64,000 nt of DNA from an uncultured Pseudomonadota bacterium (GTDB lineage Bacteria > Oederibacteriota > Muellerivitia > Muellerivitales > Muellerivitaceae), in NCBI GenBank assembly GCA_963843375.1, contig CAWJKT010000011.1, positions 224,001 through 288,000 on the forward strand. The letters are read 5' to 3'. This document shows positions 46,857 to 57,700 of the stretch, piece after piece. Numbering within the stretch: the first letter of the stretch is position 1; every line of letters starts with the position of its first letter. Under the pieces are notes generated by a model. The model made no database searches, had not been told where the DNA came from, and worked only from the letters and a program-made list of their open reading frames with translations. The position numbers and the translations under genes are program-made.

Positions 46857-48344
46857 TTAATAAACCTGCATATTGTCGATGATATAATCTCCGCTGGCGG
46901 ACTGCGTTCCACCATAAACATTAATCTCGATCCCGAGACCCGTTACGTCTGACATGTCGGTCGTCCAACTGGATGCGGAGGGCTGGAGGGAAACCTCTGT
47001 CCATTGGCCCAGGGCGATACTTTCATAGCTGTATCCCCCTGGTATGGCGCCGCCTACACCGCCCGTACTATAAACATCGCCGTTGGCTTTTATGTAATTT
47101 GCCGCTCCGTAGCCGCTAGAACCCGCGGCATCAGGCATCACATAAACCTGGATACGGACACCCGTCGCGCCAAGAGTAGTGAAATTGATTGGAAACCCGT
47201 TAGAGCCGCTTATATTCACGTAAGTGGATTCAATTTGCATGTCATTTCCGCCCGTTCCCCCGGTAATCATCGTCATATCCAGGGCGCTTACCCCGCCCGA
47301 GGCATTGGTGATCCCCAGACTTGAATACGAGGTAGGTGTAATGGTGTCTCCCGAATTGTAGTCAACGTAAAATCCATCTGACGAACCATCCTCGAAAGTC
47401 CAAGAGTAATTTGGAACAGTCGTTGGAGTAGCGGTGGGTGCGGATGACGGGAGAATAGTAATGTCATCGATATAGAAATTACCCGTGGCACCCGCCGGAA
47501 TGTTGGTTAATTGAACTCCAATTTGATCGACCGCAGAGGGAGTGGATCCGGATCCCGATCCGATGACGAGGGTAACCGGGAACCAAGCGCCCACATTCGT
47601 GGCACCGGTGCCGGAGCCGACATTGTCCCAGGCAGAGCTTTCCCATACGGTGCTTGGGCCGCTTTGATCGAAAAGTTGTAATCCGGTGGTGTAGGTGTCG
47701 GCCGGTGCCGCTAAAGTCGAATCAATATAGACGTTAGCAACCATGGTATAACCGGTCATGTTCTGGGGAGTTGAAAATGTCAACTGGAGCTGGACGCTTT
47801 GATTTGAACCCGAGGTATTGTTGATCGTGGCGACTAAAGAATCGCTTCCCGAAGGAAAGGTCTGTGTATTGGAGGATCCCCAACTGGTGACATAAGCAGT
47901 TGCGACAGCGGGCGACCAGCATTGGACGCCGCTATTAAAAGTATAAGTCGCTTGGAAAGAAGCTGCGTTGCAGGGGGTAGCGGAGGGCGTGCTGGTCGCC
48001 GTGGTAGTCGCGGTGCTGGTAATGGTTGCAGTAGGGGTGGTGGTGGCAGAATTCGTCGGAGAGCTGCTACTGGTGAATGTCGCGGTATTCGTCACCGTGA
48101 AAGTAGAGCTGCTGGTTGCGGAATTCGTGGGTGAAGACGTCGAAGTAGATGTTGGGGTTTTAGTAGCCGTGACCGTTGGCGTTCTAGTTACGGTATTGGT
48201 AGCCGTAGTGGTTGGCGTATTGGTTATGACTGGAGTGGGCGAAATGGCTGGTGATAAGGGGCTGGAGGGATTCTTGGTGGGACAGCCTAAAGATCCCAAA
48301 ATGACAAATCCCAATAAAACAGATAGGGCTAAGAAATTCTTCAT
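46857..48344 (-). CDS. Lipoprotein with long Thr-rich linker and two carbohydrate-binding-like beta-sandwich domains
   Basis: Lipobox SLGC; ~90-aa TxT linker; two repeats running from (Y/W)TF.. to ..IG(V/I)...YI(I)D(D/N), as in galactose-binding-like CBMs. Confidence 0.72.
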   Translation of the reverse strand: MKNFLALSVLLGFVILGSLGCPTKNPSSPLSPAISPTPVITNTPTTTATNTVTRTPTVTATKTPTSTSTSSPTNSATSSSTFTVTNTATFTSSSSPTNSATTTPTATITSTATTTATSTPSATPCNAASFQATYTFNSGVQCWSPAVATAYVTSWGSSNTQTFPSGSDSLVATINNTSGSNQSVQLQLTFSTPQNMTGYTMVANVYIDSTLAAPADTYTTGLQLFDQSGPSTVWESSAWDNVGSGTGATNVGAWFPVTLVIGSGSGSTPSAVDQIGVQLTNIPAGATGNFYIDDITILPSSAPTATPTTVPNYSWTFEDGSSDGFYVDYNSGDTITPTSYSSLGITNASGGVSALDMTMITGGTGGNDMQIESTYVNISGSNGFPINFTTLGATGVRIQVYVMPDAAGSSGYGAANYIKANGDVYSTGGVGGAIPGGYSYESIALGQWTEVSLQPSASSWTTDMSDVTGLGIEINVYGGTQSASGDYIIDNMQVY

Positions 48345-48560
48345 AAATTACCAGCTCCTTATATTAATTAATTTTTTTGTTTCCGATTTTTAAAGAAGTG
48401 AGAAAGATGAAAATCCGAAACAAAATCGATTTCTAACAAGAGGGCCGTACTTTACCTGACAAATGGACTCGGGTAAAGACTTTAATTTGTCGATAGGGAA
48501 AAGCTTATAAAAAGACTTTTTAAACTTCTAAAAGAAAACAATTAATTCCATTTAAAAGTT

Positions 48561-48653
48561 TAAACCGTTTAACCCCTGATGGCCTAACATTTGGAACCGC
48601 TTTTCTACAAGTTTTTCTTTTTGATGAAAATTTCTGAAAAGAAAAGCGCTTTG
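48561..48653. promoter_or_regulatory. Three LacI/GalR-type operator-like sites
   Basis: AAnCGnTT cores: TAAACCGTTTAA (48561), GGAACCGCTTTT (48593) and AAAAGCGCTTTG (48642). Confidence 0.35.
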
Positions 48654-48681
48654 TTGAAAAATGTAATTTCAGTAACTTGGT

Positions 48682-50298
48682 TTAACGGCAAACGAACAGG
48701 GTGGCGGACAGGGGCGGCAGGGAATAATCGAAATGGTCCTTGTCCACTTTGTCCTTTTTGACCAGCTTGATGTCGGGCGAGTTTGCGTTGAAGGAATAGG
48801 CTTCATAATAAGCAAAGGTTTCCTTGCCCTGGAACTTGAATTTGCCATGGATTGGATCCTTTTGGTCCTTGTTCAAGACCACCAACCAAAGGACGCCGGG
48901 ATTCTTGCTGTCAGTGGCCGCATAACAGGAGGTTTTGAGGACATTCTCCGTGGCGGCTGAAACCGCCGTATCCCCGATAGTTCCGTTTTTGCCATCATAA
49001 TTTCGGTAAAGCTTGAAAGCGGCCCGGTTGTACGGTTTTAAATCCCCCCAATAATTGGACATGAAAATGCCGTATTTGCCGAATATCCCCAAGACGTCCG
49101 CTTGGGCGATTCCTCCGGAAATATGGTTCCCCGCGCCAAAATCATATTCACTGAAGGCCAGTTTGGTTCCCGGACACCACTTGTCGATTTTTTGTCGCAC
49201 CCAGGGAATCAACTGGATGGGCTGGCCCTTGGTCGACCATTGGGTAATCCAGCTTTTTTCAACATAGGTCGGATCCCAAAGGCTTCGGGGGGCCTGTAAG
49301 CGGGCCTCGATAGAGTCGGGGGTAATATCGTTGTCGGTAATGCGTTTTCCGCCGCCTTGGGCCTCGGGATACCAATGCAGGTCCAACACTTGAACGAGCC
49401 GATGATGATAGGCGGTTTCCAATCGGTGGATGAAATCCAGGTAAAAGTCCAAGTAAGTGGGAAAAGTTTGGGTGATGGAGGTGTCCTTGCTTTCTGGGGC
49501 GTCCTGGAGGGTCATGAACTCCTGCCAACCATAACAAACGCCTCCGAAAATGATGGCGGTAGGATCCACTCGAAGGATATTTTCAGCAGCAGCCTCGGTT
49601 TTGTTGCGCATTTCCCAATAACTGGTTTTTTCAGGATGGATGCGGGGATGGGTGGATGGCCATATTCCCGGTTCATTGTCTAAATCATAGAATTTTACGC
49701 CGCCCTCGTCGGCTTTCTTGAAGTTAGAGACCATAAAATTGATGAACTCATCCTCATATACGATGGGGTCATCGGGGTCGGGCGTCAGTGTATAAGGTTT
49801 CTTCTTGTGGAACTCAATTTTTTTCCAACGGCGATTGGGGGCTGTTTCCTTGTCCGAAACTTCCCCATTCTTGTCCGCAGCCACGAAACCCGCCATCGGA
49901 ACGGTCATAAGCGTATCAACCCCATATTTTTGGTTCGTTTCCACAAAGTGTTTGGCGAACGCGCCCGCCTGGTCGCAATCGGTATATTTGTGGCTATCGC
50001 AAAGCCAGTTGTCGCTCGTGTGGTGCCAGTCGTTTCCCGCGTTGGAAGCGTTATTGGTCCAGTTGTAACCGGTCATGCGATTTCCGCCCAACCGACGGAC
50101 GGTCGGGTTGATATCTCCCGGGTCCACATCATTCACACCATAAATATAGGGACTGATAGGGCCGATGACCTCGTCAGGCATAACTAAGAAATTAATATCG
50201 GCGGCAAAAGCTGTAACGGCTGAAACGAAAAATCCGGCGGCCAAGAGTGCAAAAGAAACGCGGCGGTTTAATTTTTCTATTTTAGGTCGTGATCCCAT
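48682..50298 (-). CDS. Glycoside hydrolase family 44 endoglucanase/xyloglucanase
   Basis: RLGGNRMTGYNW.NNASNAGNDW, LDNEP, LDLHWYPEA, LAFSEY and GIAQADVLGIFG; signal peptide. Confidence 0.93.
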   Translation of the reverse strand: MGSRPKIEKLNRRVSFALLAAGFFVSAVTAFAADINFLVMPDEVIGPISPYIYGVNDVDPGDINPTVRRLGGNRMTGYNWTNNASNAGNDWHHTSDNWLCDSHKYTDCDQAGAFAKHFVETNQKYGVDTLMTVPMAGFVAADKNGEVSDKETAPNRRWKKIEFHKKKPYTLTPDPDDPIVYEDEFINFMVSNFKKADEGGVKFYDLDNEPGIWPSTHPRIHPEKTSYWEMRNKTEAAAENILRVDPTAIIFGGVCYGWQEFMTLQDAPESKDTSITQTFPTYLDFYLDFIHRLETAYHHRLVQVLDLHWYPEAQGGGKRITDNDITPDSIEARLQAPRSLWDPTYVEKSWITQWSTKGQPIQLIPWVRQKIDKWCPGTKLAFSEYDFGAGNHISGGIAQADVLGIFGKYGIFMSNYWGDLKPYNRAAFKLYRNYDGKNGTIGDTAVSAATENVLKTSCYAATDSKNPGVLWLVVLNKDQKDPIHGKFKFQGKETFAYYEAYSFNANSPDIKLVKKDKVDKDHFDYSLPPLSATLFVCR

Positions 50299-50339
50299 TT
50301 CTTTCCTTTTGAGGTATTCCAGCGGTTCAGCAGTGAAAA

Positions 50340-51659
50340 TCAGTAAAAGCTCCCGGCCCTGCGTTCTCCCAAGAGATGATAGTTTTTATCCCGGATGGCC
50401 TGGGCGATAGCGTCATGATACATCAAATAAAAGGACTCCCGCTTGATGGGTTGAATGAAAACATACACCACCTGGAAAAGCAGGGCGATGGCCAGGAAAA
50501 AACATAGGAATCTCCTGCCCCAGCGGTTCATCCACCATCTATCCCAAACATAAAGGGAATAAAGCATGACCACCGGCAGCATTTCACAATAGGTGTTCAC
50601 GTCGGGTTTTTTGATGGTGAATAACAGCGAACCATAAACCATCAGGAAGATCAGGACGGCAAACCACCGGACAGGTTTCCAATCGGGGCGGGGATTTCGG
50701 GAATCAAACAAAAATCCCAGCAATATGAGGACCTGGAGGATGCCGAAGTACCATAGGAAAAGCCCAGGGATTAAGAGCCAATTTTCCGACAGGTAATGAA
50801 TGCGTTCCACCGTATGGGCCCCAATGAAACGAGGCAATTCGAAGCTGGCCAAGGACAGGAATTGGGCCAAGATCACGAAGAAGCTCAGGAAGTTGTGAAG
50901 ATTGAGGCCGAAGGAAAGCCCGGAAACATCGCGAAAAAAATGGTAATCGGGGCGTAAAAGAGTGGGTATGACGAGGGCTTCCAGAGGCAGCGCCCCCAGT
51001 AGAAAATAAAACGGTGCGGTGATTTTATGGGATTTTTTCCATTGGAGGAAAAAGGAAGCCGCCAGGAAGGGCGTCACAACAACCCAAGTCCTATGGAACT
51101 GCGTCCACCAAGCGAGGGAAAATCCCATCAATGCGTTGGCCCAGGCAAGGGGCAGCCATCCGAGGCTTAAGGGTGGAAGGGATTCCATCAGGGCAACGAA
51201 GAAGAAACAAGCCGCTGCGGTGGAATAGGAAAGGTTGATCATTGAGGTGGAATAATGCACACACCAGGGAGCGGTCAGGACCCAAGGAAAGATAAACCAG
51301 GGGGAAAGTTTGGGGAGGCGTCGACAGCAGTAATAAGCGAAAAAAGAATATCCCGCCAGCGTGAGAAGGTTCAACAACAAGAAAGGCGCCAGGGGCGAAG
51401 GCCAAGCATAAAGCGGTCCGCCGATAAGCAACCCTTCCAAGGCCCCCGGATCCTGGGTTAAAAGGGCGATATTGTCCGGAGGAGCGATCACGTCGTTGCC
51501 ATAATAGGGCCAAGCGCCGGTGCAATAGAATTTTAAGCCGATCAGATAGGTCTGGACCTCATCGATCATGATCTGGACTGGCCGGGCCCAAAGGCCAAAG
51601 GCCAATCGCAGGGCGAAAAATAAGGGAAGAAGAAAGGCGAATTTTCGTCGGTCGGACAT
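50340..51659 (-). CDS. GT-C-like polytopic membrane protein, paralog 3
   Basis: DEVQTYLIGLKFY..GAWPYYG; about 10 TM segments; C-terminus HLLGERRAGSFY. Confidence 0.75.
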   Translation of the reverse strand: MSDRRKFAFLLPLFFALRLAFGLWARPVQIMIDEVQTYLIGLKFYCTGAWPYYGNDVIAPPDNIALLTQDPGALEGLLIGGPLYAWPSPLAPFLLLNLLTLAGYSFFAYYCCRRLPKLSPWFIFPWVLTAPWCVHYSTSMINLSYSTAAACFFFVALMESLPPLSLGWLPLAWANALMGFSLAWWTQFHRTWVVVTPFLAASFFLQWKKSHKITAPFYFLLGALPLEALVIPTLLRPDYHFFRDVSGLSFGLNLHNFLSFFVILAQFLSLASFELPRFIGAHTVERIHYLSENWLLIPGLFLWYFGILQVLILLGFLFDSRNPRPDWKPVRWFAVLIFLMVYGSLLFTIKKPDVNTYCEMLPVVMLYSLYVWDRWWMNRWGRRFLCFFLAIALLFQVVYVFIQPIKRESFYLMYHDAIAQAIRDKNYHLLGERRAGSFY

Positions 51660-51707
51660 AAACACCTTGGAAGTAATTCTTTTAATTTAAAGTTTTCTCT
51701 TCGTTTT

Positions 51708-53018
51708 TTAGTAGAGACTTCCGGGACGGCGTTCCCCGAGGAGGTGCTCATTCTTTTCCGCAATGGCCTGCACCACTTGCGCCCGGTTGGTGTAGAGCGA
51801 CCGGCTTTGCATCATAGCGGCCAAGTAGCCGACATGGAACCAAAGATTGGTCGCGAGGCAAACCACCCCGAAAATCCTCCATCCCCGCAATCGCGCCAGC
51901 CTTTCCCAGACATAAAAAGAATAAACCGCCACCAGGGGAAAAAGGATGTAATAAATGTGGGCAAGGGGAGGTTTGGAAGTAAACCAGGAACTTCCCCAAG
52001 CCAGGCAAAAAGCGAAAAGTGTCAGTAAGGAAATACCCGTTGCCTGCGGGCGCGAAAGGTCTTTGCGAAACCCGAAAAATAAAAGTACCGGAACCTGAAC
52101 CAGGCCCACGGCCCATAGAAAAAATCCAGGTGGAAGAAGGAGCGGGCGACTCGTCAGGAAACCGAGCCGCAAAGAGGTATTCTCCCCCAGGAACCGGGGC
52201 ATTTCGTAAGTCACGAGGGAAAGAAGCCGAGCCAGGATGGTAAAGAAGGCCATGAAATTTTCCATATTAAAAGCAACCGCAGTACCCAATCCGCCGGCTT
52301 CCTGAAATAGGCCGTATTTAAACCAAGTGGGAATGAGAAAAGCCAAAGGAAAGGCTGAACCGGCGAGGAATCCAGTGATTTCGGAAATTCCTTGAAGTCG
52401 GCCTTGCCACCATCGCCAAAGAAAGCAAAATAAAACCAGGGGCGGCAGCAGAAGCCAGGAATAATGGAATTGCATGGCCCAAAAAAGGCCGAAACCCATC
52501 AGCGCAAAGGCGATGCCCGGTGGAATCCAATCCGAGGAGAGTCCTGGGATAGCTTCCAGCAACCCCACGGTGAATAGCAGGCTTCCGAACAGAAGATAGG
52601 AGGGATTGATGGGGTTGGTTGATTCGTGAAGGTTCCAAGGCAAGAGAGCCAGCCAGGAGAAAATGAAATAAAAGGAGATTTCAGGCAGACGCTTTGCCAG
52701 GTAAAAGGAAAAAAAAGCCAGAGCTGAAAGGGAAAGAAGATTCAGAAAGAGGAAAGGGGCCTCGGGAATCGGACAAAGACGTAGGGGAAGACCAATAAGC
52801 AGTGCCTCTAGGGCGCCCGGGATCTGGGTGTAAAAACCGGTTTCGGTCACGATTAAGTCGGGCCCAAAATAGGGCCAGCCGCCATGGCAATACCATTTCA
52901 AGCCGATCAGATAGGTCTGCAATTCATCCGGAGAGAAAAAGGGTTGAGAAAGCCCGAAAGCCGTCCGAAAAATGAAAAGCGCCAGGAACAAAAACGCGAA
53001 TTTCCAGCGGTTGGACAT
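51708..53018 (-). CDS. GT-C-like polytopic membrane protein, paralog 2
   Basis: GAGGAG RBS; DELQTYLIGLKWY..GGWPYFGPD; C-terminus HLLGERRPGSLY. Confidence 0.75.
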   Translation of the reverse strand: MSNRWKFAFLFLALFIFRTAFGLSQPFFSPDELQTYLIGLKWYCHGGWPYFGPDLIVTETGFYTQIPGALEALLIGLPLRLCPIPEAPFLFLNLLSLSALAFFSFYLAKRLPEISFYFIFSWLALLPWNLHESTNPINPSYLLFGSLLFTVGLLEAIPGLSSDWIPPGIAFALMGFGLFWAMQFHYSWLLLPPLVLFCFLWRWWQGRLQGISEITGFLAGSAFPLAFLIPTWFKYGLFQEAGGLGTAVAFNMENFMAFFTILARLLSLVTYEMPRFLGENTSLRLGFLTSRPLLLPPGFFLWAVGLVQVPVLLFFGFRKDLSRPQATGISLLTLFAFCLAWGSSWFTSKPPLAHIYYILFPLVAVYSFYVWERLARLRGWRIFGVVCLATNLWFHVGYLAAMMQSRSLYTNRAQVVQAIAEKNEHLLGERRPGSLY

Positions 53019-53034
53019 TTTTCTCCTCGGAAGA

Positions 53035-53118
53035 AGTTCTGATTTTTGAGTTATTATCATTTTCTTCTTTGAAGAAAATGTTCATTTCTTAAAAATCCAA
53101 AACCAAAAACTCGAAACT
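53035..53118. repeat. Inverted pair of degenerate heptamer arrays
   Basis: AGTTCTG ATTTTTG AGTTATT ... AAATCCA AAACCAA AAACTCG AAACT. Confidence 0.45.
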
Positions 53119-53126
53119 GGTTTTTA

Positions 53127-54598
53127 TTAGTAGAGGCTCTCCGGACGGCGTTCGCCCATCAGGTGGTAATTTTTCTGATCAATGGCCTGCTTGATGACCT
53201 TCCACCATGGATAAATGGAGTCCCGAGGTTCAACAGCGATGGCGAAACCGACCTGAAAAACAACTCCCAGAATCACAAATGCTTTGGCGGCTAGCCGCCA
53301 AGTCTTTTTTTGCGGAAACACATCCAACAGTAACAAGAGTAAGTCATGAGAAGCGGGAAAAACAAAAAATAGATATGGGAGAGAGGCATTTTCACCGTGA
53401 ACCAGAAACTTCCGTAAACCATGGCAAAAACGATGGAAAACAGCAGGTTTAATTCCTTCCATTGGGGCCCGGTTTTTTCGGGTTGGTAATGACTGATCCA
53501 CAACCCCAAGGCCAAGGTAATGGCCATGATCCCAAAAGTTAAGAAAAGAGTTTTGGCCGCGTCGCCCGGATCGCTAAACACCAACATTATTCCCAGGCCG
53601 AGAAAAACGGCCCAAAAAAGCCATCGAAAACGCAGGCGCAGCTCACGGAACCAAAATGCGGCTAAAAGAAAAGGTTGAATCAGACCGGTGACCCATAGCA
53701 GGGCACCGGGAACGAGAAGAAAGGGATGCTCCTCGGTCAGGAAATGGATCCGGGTTTTAGTATTTTCGCCGATAAAACGGGGAACCTCAAAGGAAACAAG
53801 GGATAAATATCGGGCCAAGATGGTCCAAAATTCCTTTACGTTGGCCCAATTGAAAGGAACGGCGAATCCACCGGCCACGTTTCCCCGCGCCAAACCGAAT
53901 TTCAAGTATGTGGGAACGATGAGAGCCAGCATGGGAAGTGATCCTAGGGAAAAAAAGACCGGGGCACTCCATTCCTTTTCTTTAAACATTTGGAAAGCTA
54001 GTGAAAAAAGGGCCAGGGGTACGAGGTAGACGTAAGAAAAGTGGAATTGCATGATCCAAAAGAGGGAGAAGCCCATGGTTGCGTTCGCCCACCCGCGCGA
54101 AACCAAGTTCAAAGTGAAAAAAGGCAAGGATTCCATGAAGGCAATGAAGAAAAGAATAGAGGGCAAAAAAGTGAAGGCGGGATTGATCATGACCGTGGAT
54201 TCGTGAATGCTCCAAGGGGCGATGGCGATCCAAACGAAAAGCCATGTATAAGGAAGCCCGGGAAGTCTTTTGACGATATACCAGCTCAAAAGGGCAACCC
54301 CTGCCAAAGACATGAGATTTAACAAAATAAAAGGCGCTTCTGGGAAGTGTATTAAATAGAAAGGAAGACCAATCAGGAGTCCTTCCATGGCACCTGGAAT
54401 CTGACTTTTAAAGGAGTTTTCCATTCCATTGACGTCGGGGCCAAACCAGGGCCAAGTGGAGGTGCTATAGCATTTCAAGCCGATCAAGTAGGTTTGAAAT
54501 TGGTCGGTTTCCCGAAATTGGGCCCGAAATAAGCCAAACATTAACCGGATGGCAAAGAAGGCGAGTAAAAGGATGATCAATTTTTTGCGGTTGAGCAA
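53127..54598 (-). CDS. GT-C-like polytopic membrane protein, paralog 1; one-base frameshift at ~53305-53325
   Basis: DQFQTYLIGLKCY..WPWFGPD. The C-terminus HLMGERRPESLY lies in the adjacent frame (ORF 53127-53501). Confidence 0.75.
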
Positions 54599-54768
54599 CC
54601 GAAACCTCGGGGCTGAATTAGAAAGGCGATATTAACAGAAGCCCTTTCGCCTGAGAAGCCTTCTTCGAGCGTGGGGTTGGATCATTGGATATAATAGGAC
54701 TAGATGTCCTGAAAGACCTTCAACTGGTTTGTCCTCTTAGTCCCCATGGATGGTTCAGAAAGGCAGCA

Positions 54769-57700
54769 ATGGTTTTTCTTTTCACGGAAATCGATCACGA
54801 GTCATTGTTCAAGGAAAGGGGAACTACCGAAGCGAACCATATCCTGGCATGCCAGCATTTCTTGATTGAAGAAATTCTATTTTCCCACAGCGTCCAGTGG
54901 ATGCGGCGGACGTCTTCTGGTGTATTGGGTATCTTCGAGGGGGGTGAGCCCGCCAAAGCCGCCATTGCCCTGCAAAAAAATTTTAAGAGCCATTTGTGGG
55001 ACCGGTTTGGAAAAGCAGGTCTTCGCGTTTCCCTCCATGTGGGAGAGGCTGAGGCCGTGGGCCAAAAGTATGTGGGTCCGGACTTCACTCATGCCCTAAA
55101 ACTTTTGGAAGCCATTCGGGGCAGCCAGATTCTTCTGACGGTTCCCGCCGTCCATTTTGTGCCTCTTCCCCCGGGTGCGCGACTCCAGGATATGGGCCCC
55201 CACTTCCTGAAAGACTTGAGCGAGCCCCAAAATATTTACTCACTGGTCCATCCGGATTTTAACCTGGAAACGACCGACTCTCCCGTGTCGCTGCAAAATT
55301 ATCCCCAAAACTTTCTTCCACAAGGCTCTCCCTTTTTTGGGCGCGAAGAGGAAATGGAGGAGATTGAGAAACTCCTGCTTCATTCCCCCACCCAACTCAT
55401 TACCCTTTTGGGTCCGGGTGGATTCGGCAAAACCCGACTGGCCCTCCAAGCAGCGGCGGACTTGATTGAAAAATTCGAGGATGGGGTTTATGTGATCTCC
55501 TTGGCGTCTCTGCTTTCCGACCAGTTGATGGTAGGCAGTATCGCCAGCGCGGTTAAGTTTTTATTTTATGGAGCGGAAGATCCCAAGACCCAGCTTTTGA
55601 ATCACCTCAAAGGGAAGCAAATGCTCTTGGTGATGGACAATTTTGAGCATGTTATTCAAGGTTCCGAATGGGTGGAACAAATGCTCAAGGTCGCGCCCCG
55701 GCTGAAGATCCTCCTCACTTCCCGTGAAAGCCTGGGGATCGATGGAGAAAAAGTGCTGGAGGTCAAGGGGCTGCGTTATCCTGTCGACGGCCAGATTGAG
55801 GGACTGGAAGCATGTTCAGCCGTCCAGCTTTTTTTAAAAAGTGCCCACCGGGTCCAGCCAAACTTTTCGCTCAAACCGGAAGACCGTGAACAGCTTCTTC
55901 AAATTTGCCGCCTCCTGGAAGGCATGCCGCTAGGGCTTGAGCTTTCCGCTACCTGGGTGCCCACGCTTTCCTTGCCCCAAATCGCCGAAAAGATCGAGAG
56001 CAACCGGGATTTTCTTGCGACTTCCATGCCGCATTTGCCGCCCCGACATCGATCCCTTAGGGCCGTGTTTGAATATTCTTGGATACTGCTTTCCGAGCCC
56101 CAAAAAAAGGTTCTGCGGGGAATCTCGGTTTTTAAGGGAAGCTTTATGGAGCAGGCTGCCCGCAAAGTGGCGGGAGCCTCGGAAAATCTACTGCTTTTCC
56201 TGACGAAAAAATCGCTGTTGAGAATCCGAAGCAACGGGCGCTTTGAGATACATGAATTGCTAAAGTATTACGCCAAGGAAAAACTATTTGACGATCACGC
56301 CGAAAGGGAAAAAATTTTAAACGCCCATTGTTTTTATTTCGCTCAACTGATGGAAAAAAGAGAAGGAAACTTATACGGTTCCAGTCAAAAAAAAGTCGTC
56401 GAGGATTTGACCGAGGAGATCGGGAATATCCGGGAGGGTTGGAAAAGGGCTTTAACACAATTAAAGGAGCCGGAAATTAATAGTTACCTGGGAGCTCTTT
56501 TTTTCCTGTTCGAGACCAAAGGCTGGTTTCGGGAGGCCCAAGAAAACTTTAAAACGGCCGCAGAAGGCCTTTCTCGTAAGTATGCCGATGTTTCCTCCAT
56601 GCCCAAGAGCGCAAAAGCCCTCTTGGCCCGATTGAAAGCTTATTGGGGTTTCTTTGAAAACCTTTTGGGTCAACCCAAGATCGCCCAAAAACTCCTTGAG
56701 GAAAGCCTCCGACTTTATCAATTGGCTCAAACCCTGAAAAAGGCGGGATTTACCTACAGCGCGCTGGGGATCGTCAATGAAACCCAAGGGCACTACGAGA
56801 AAGCCAAGACTTGTTACACAAAAGGTTATCAAGCCTATCATCGGGTGGGGGACCACTACGGCATTGTTTGGTCCCTTAATAACTTAGGGCATATTGAAAA
56901 CCGGATGGGGCGCCATTCCCGCGCCACCGATTTAGTCCAAAAAAGCCTGGCTTATTCTCTTGCTGACAAGGATTTGAGGTCCCAAGCTTATTCCCACAAT
57001 CTCCTTGGCGATATTCTTCATGATGTGGGACATTTCAAGGAAGCCCGCGTCCATTATCAAAAGGGCCTTTCAGCCTACGTGGAAATAGGCGACCGGAAAG
57101 GGATCGCCTGGTCTTTCCACTGCCTGGGGCATGAGGCAGTCATTTTTGGGGATTACGCTGGTGCCCGGGAGATGTTCCAGGAGGGAATGGTCATTTCCCG
57201 CGACCTGGGGGATTCACGGGCGATAGCCTGGTCTAAAGGTTTATTGGGCCAGGTTTGTTGGGCCACGGGAGATTACCCAGAAGCCCTCCAACTTTATTCG
57301 GAAGCCTTGGCCGAGTACCGGAACCTGGGGGATATTCGCGGCGAGGCTCTTATCATGGACTTGACTGGGAATGTCCGGCTGGCCCAAAAGAACGATCTCG
57401 AAGCTGAAAGATCCTATCAACTGGCTTACAATCTCTGGTCACAGGAAGGGGCCAACGTACTGGGCAGGGCTTGGCATCTGCACCACATGGGAACAGTTTA
57501 CGTGTTCAGGCAAAATTGGAAGAAGGCGAAGGCCCAATTCCTTGAGAGCCTCCGTTGTTTTGACTTAAGTCGGGAGCACCTAGGCCAGACGGTATCGCTT
57601 ATCCGGCTGGGCGAGGTGGCTTTTCGCCAAAAGGCCTACGGTGAGGCCCGTCGGCGTTACCAAAAGGCCATGCGGCTTGCCCTGCATTCGCAGCTCTTTC

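Noticed and set aside
47968..48393. Val-rich ORFs here and at 60908-61873
   Set aside because: They are antisense products of Thr-rich codons (ACN read as GT-rich on the other strand).
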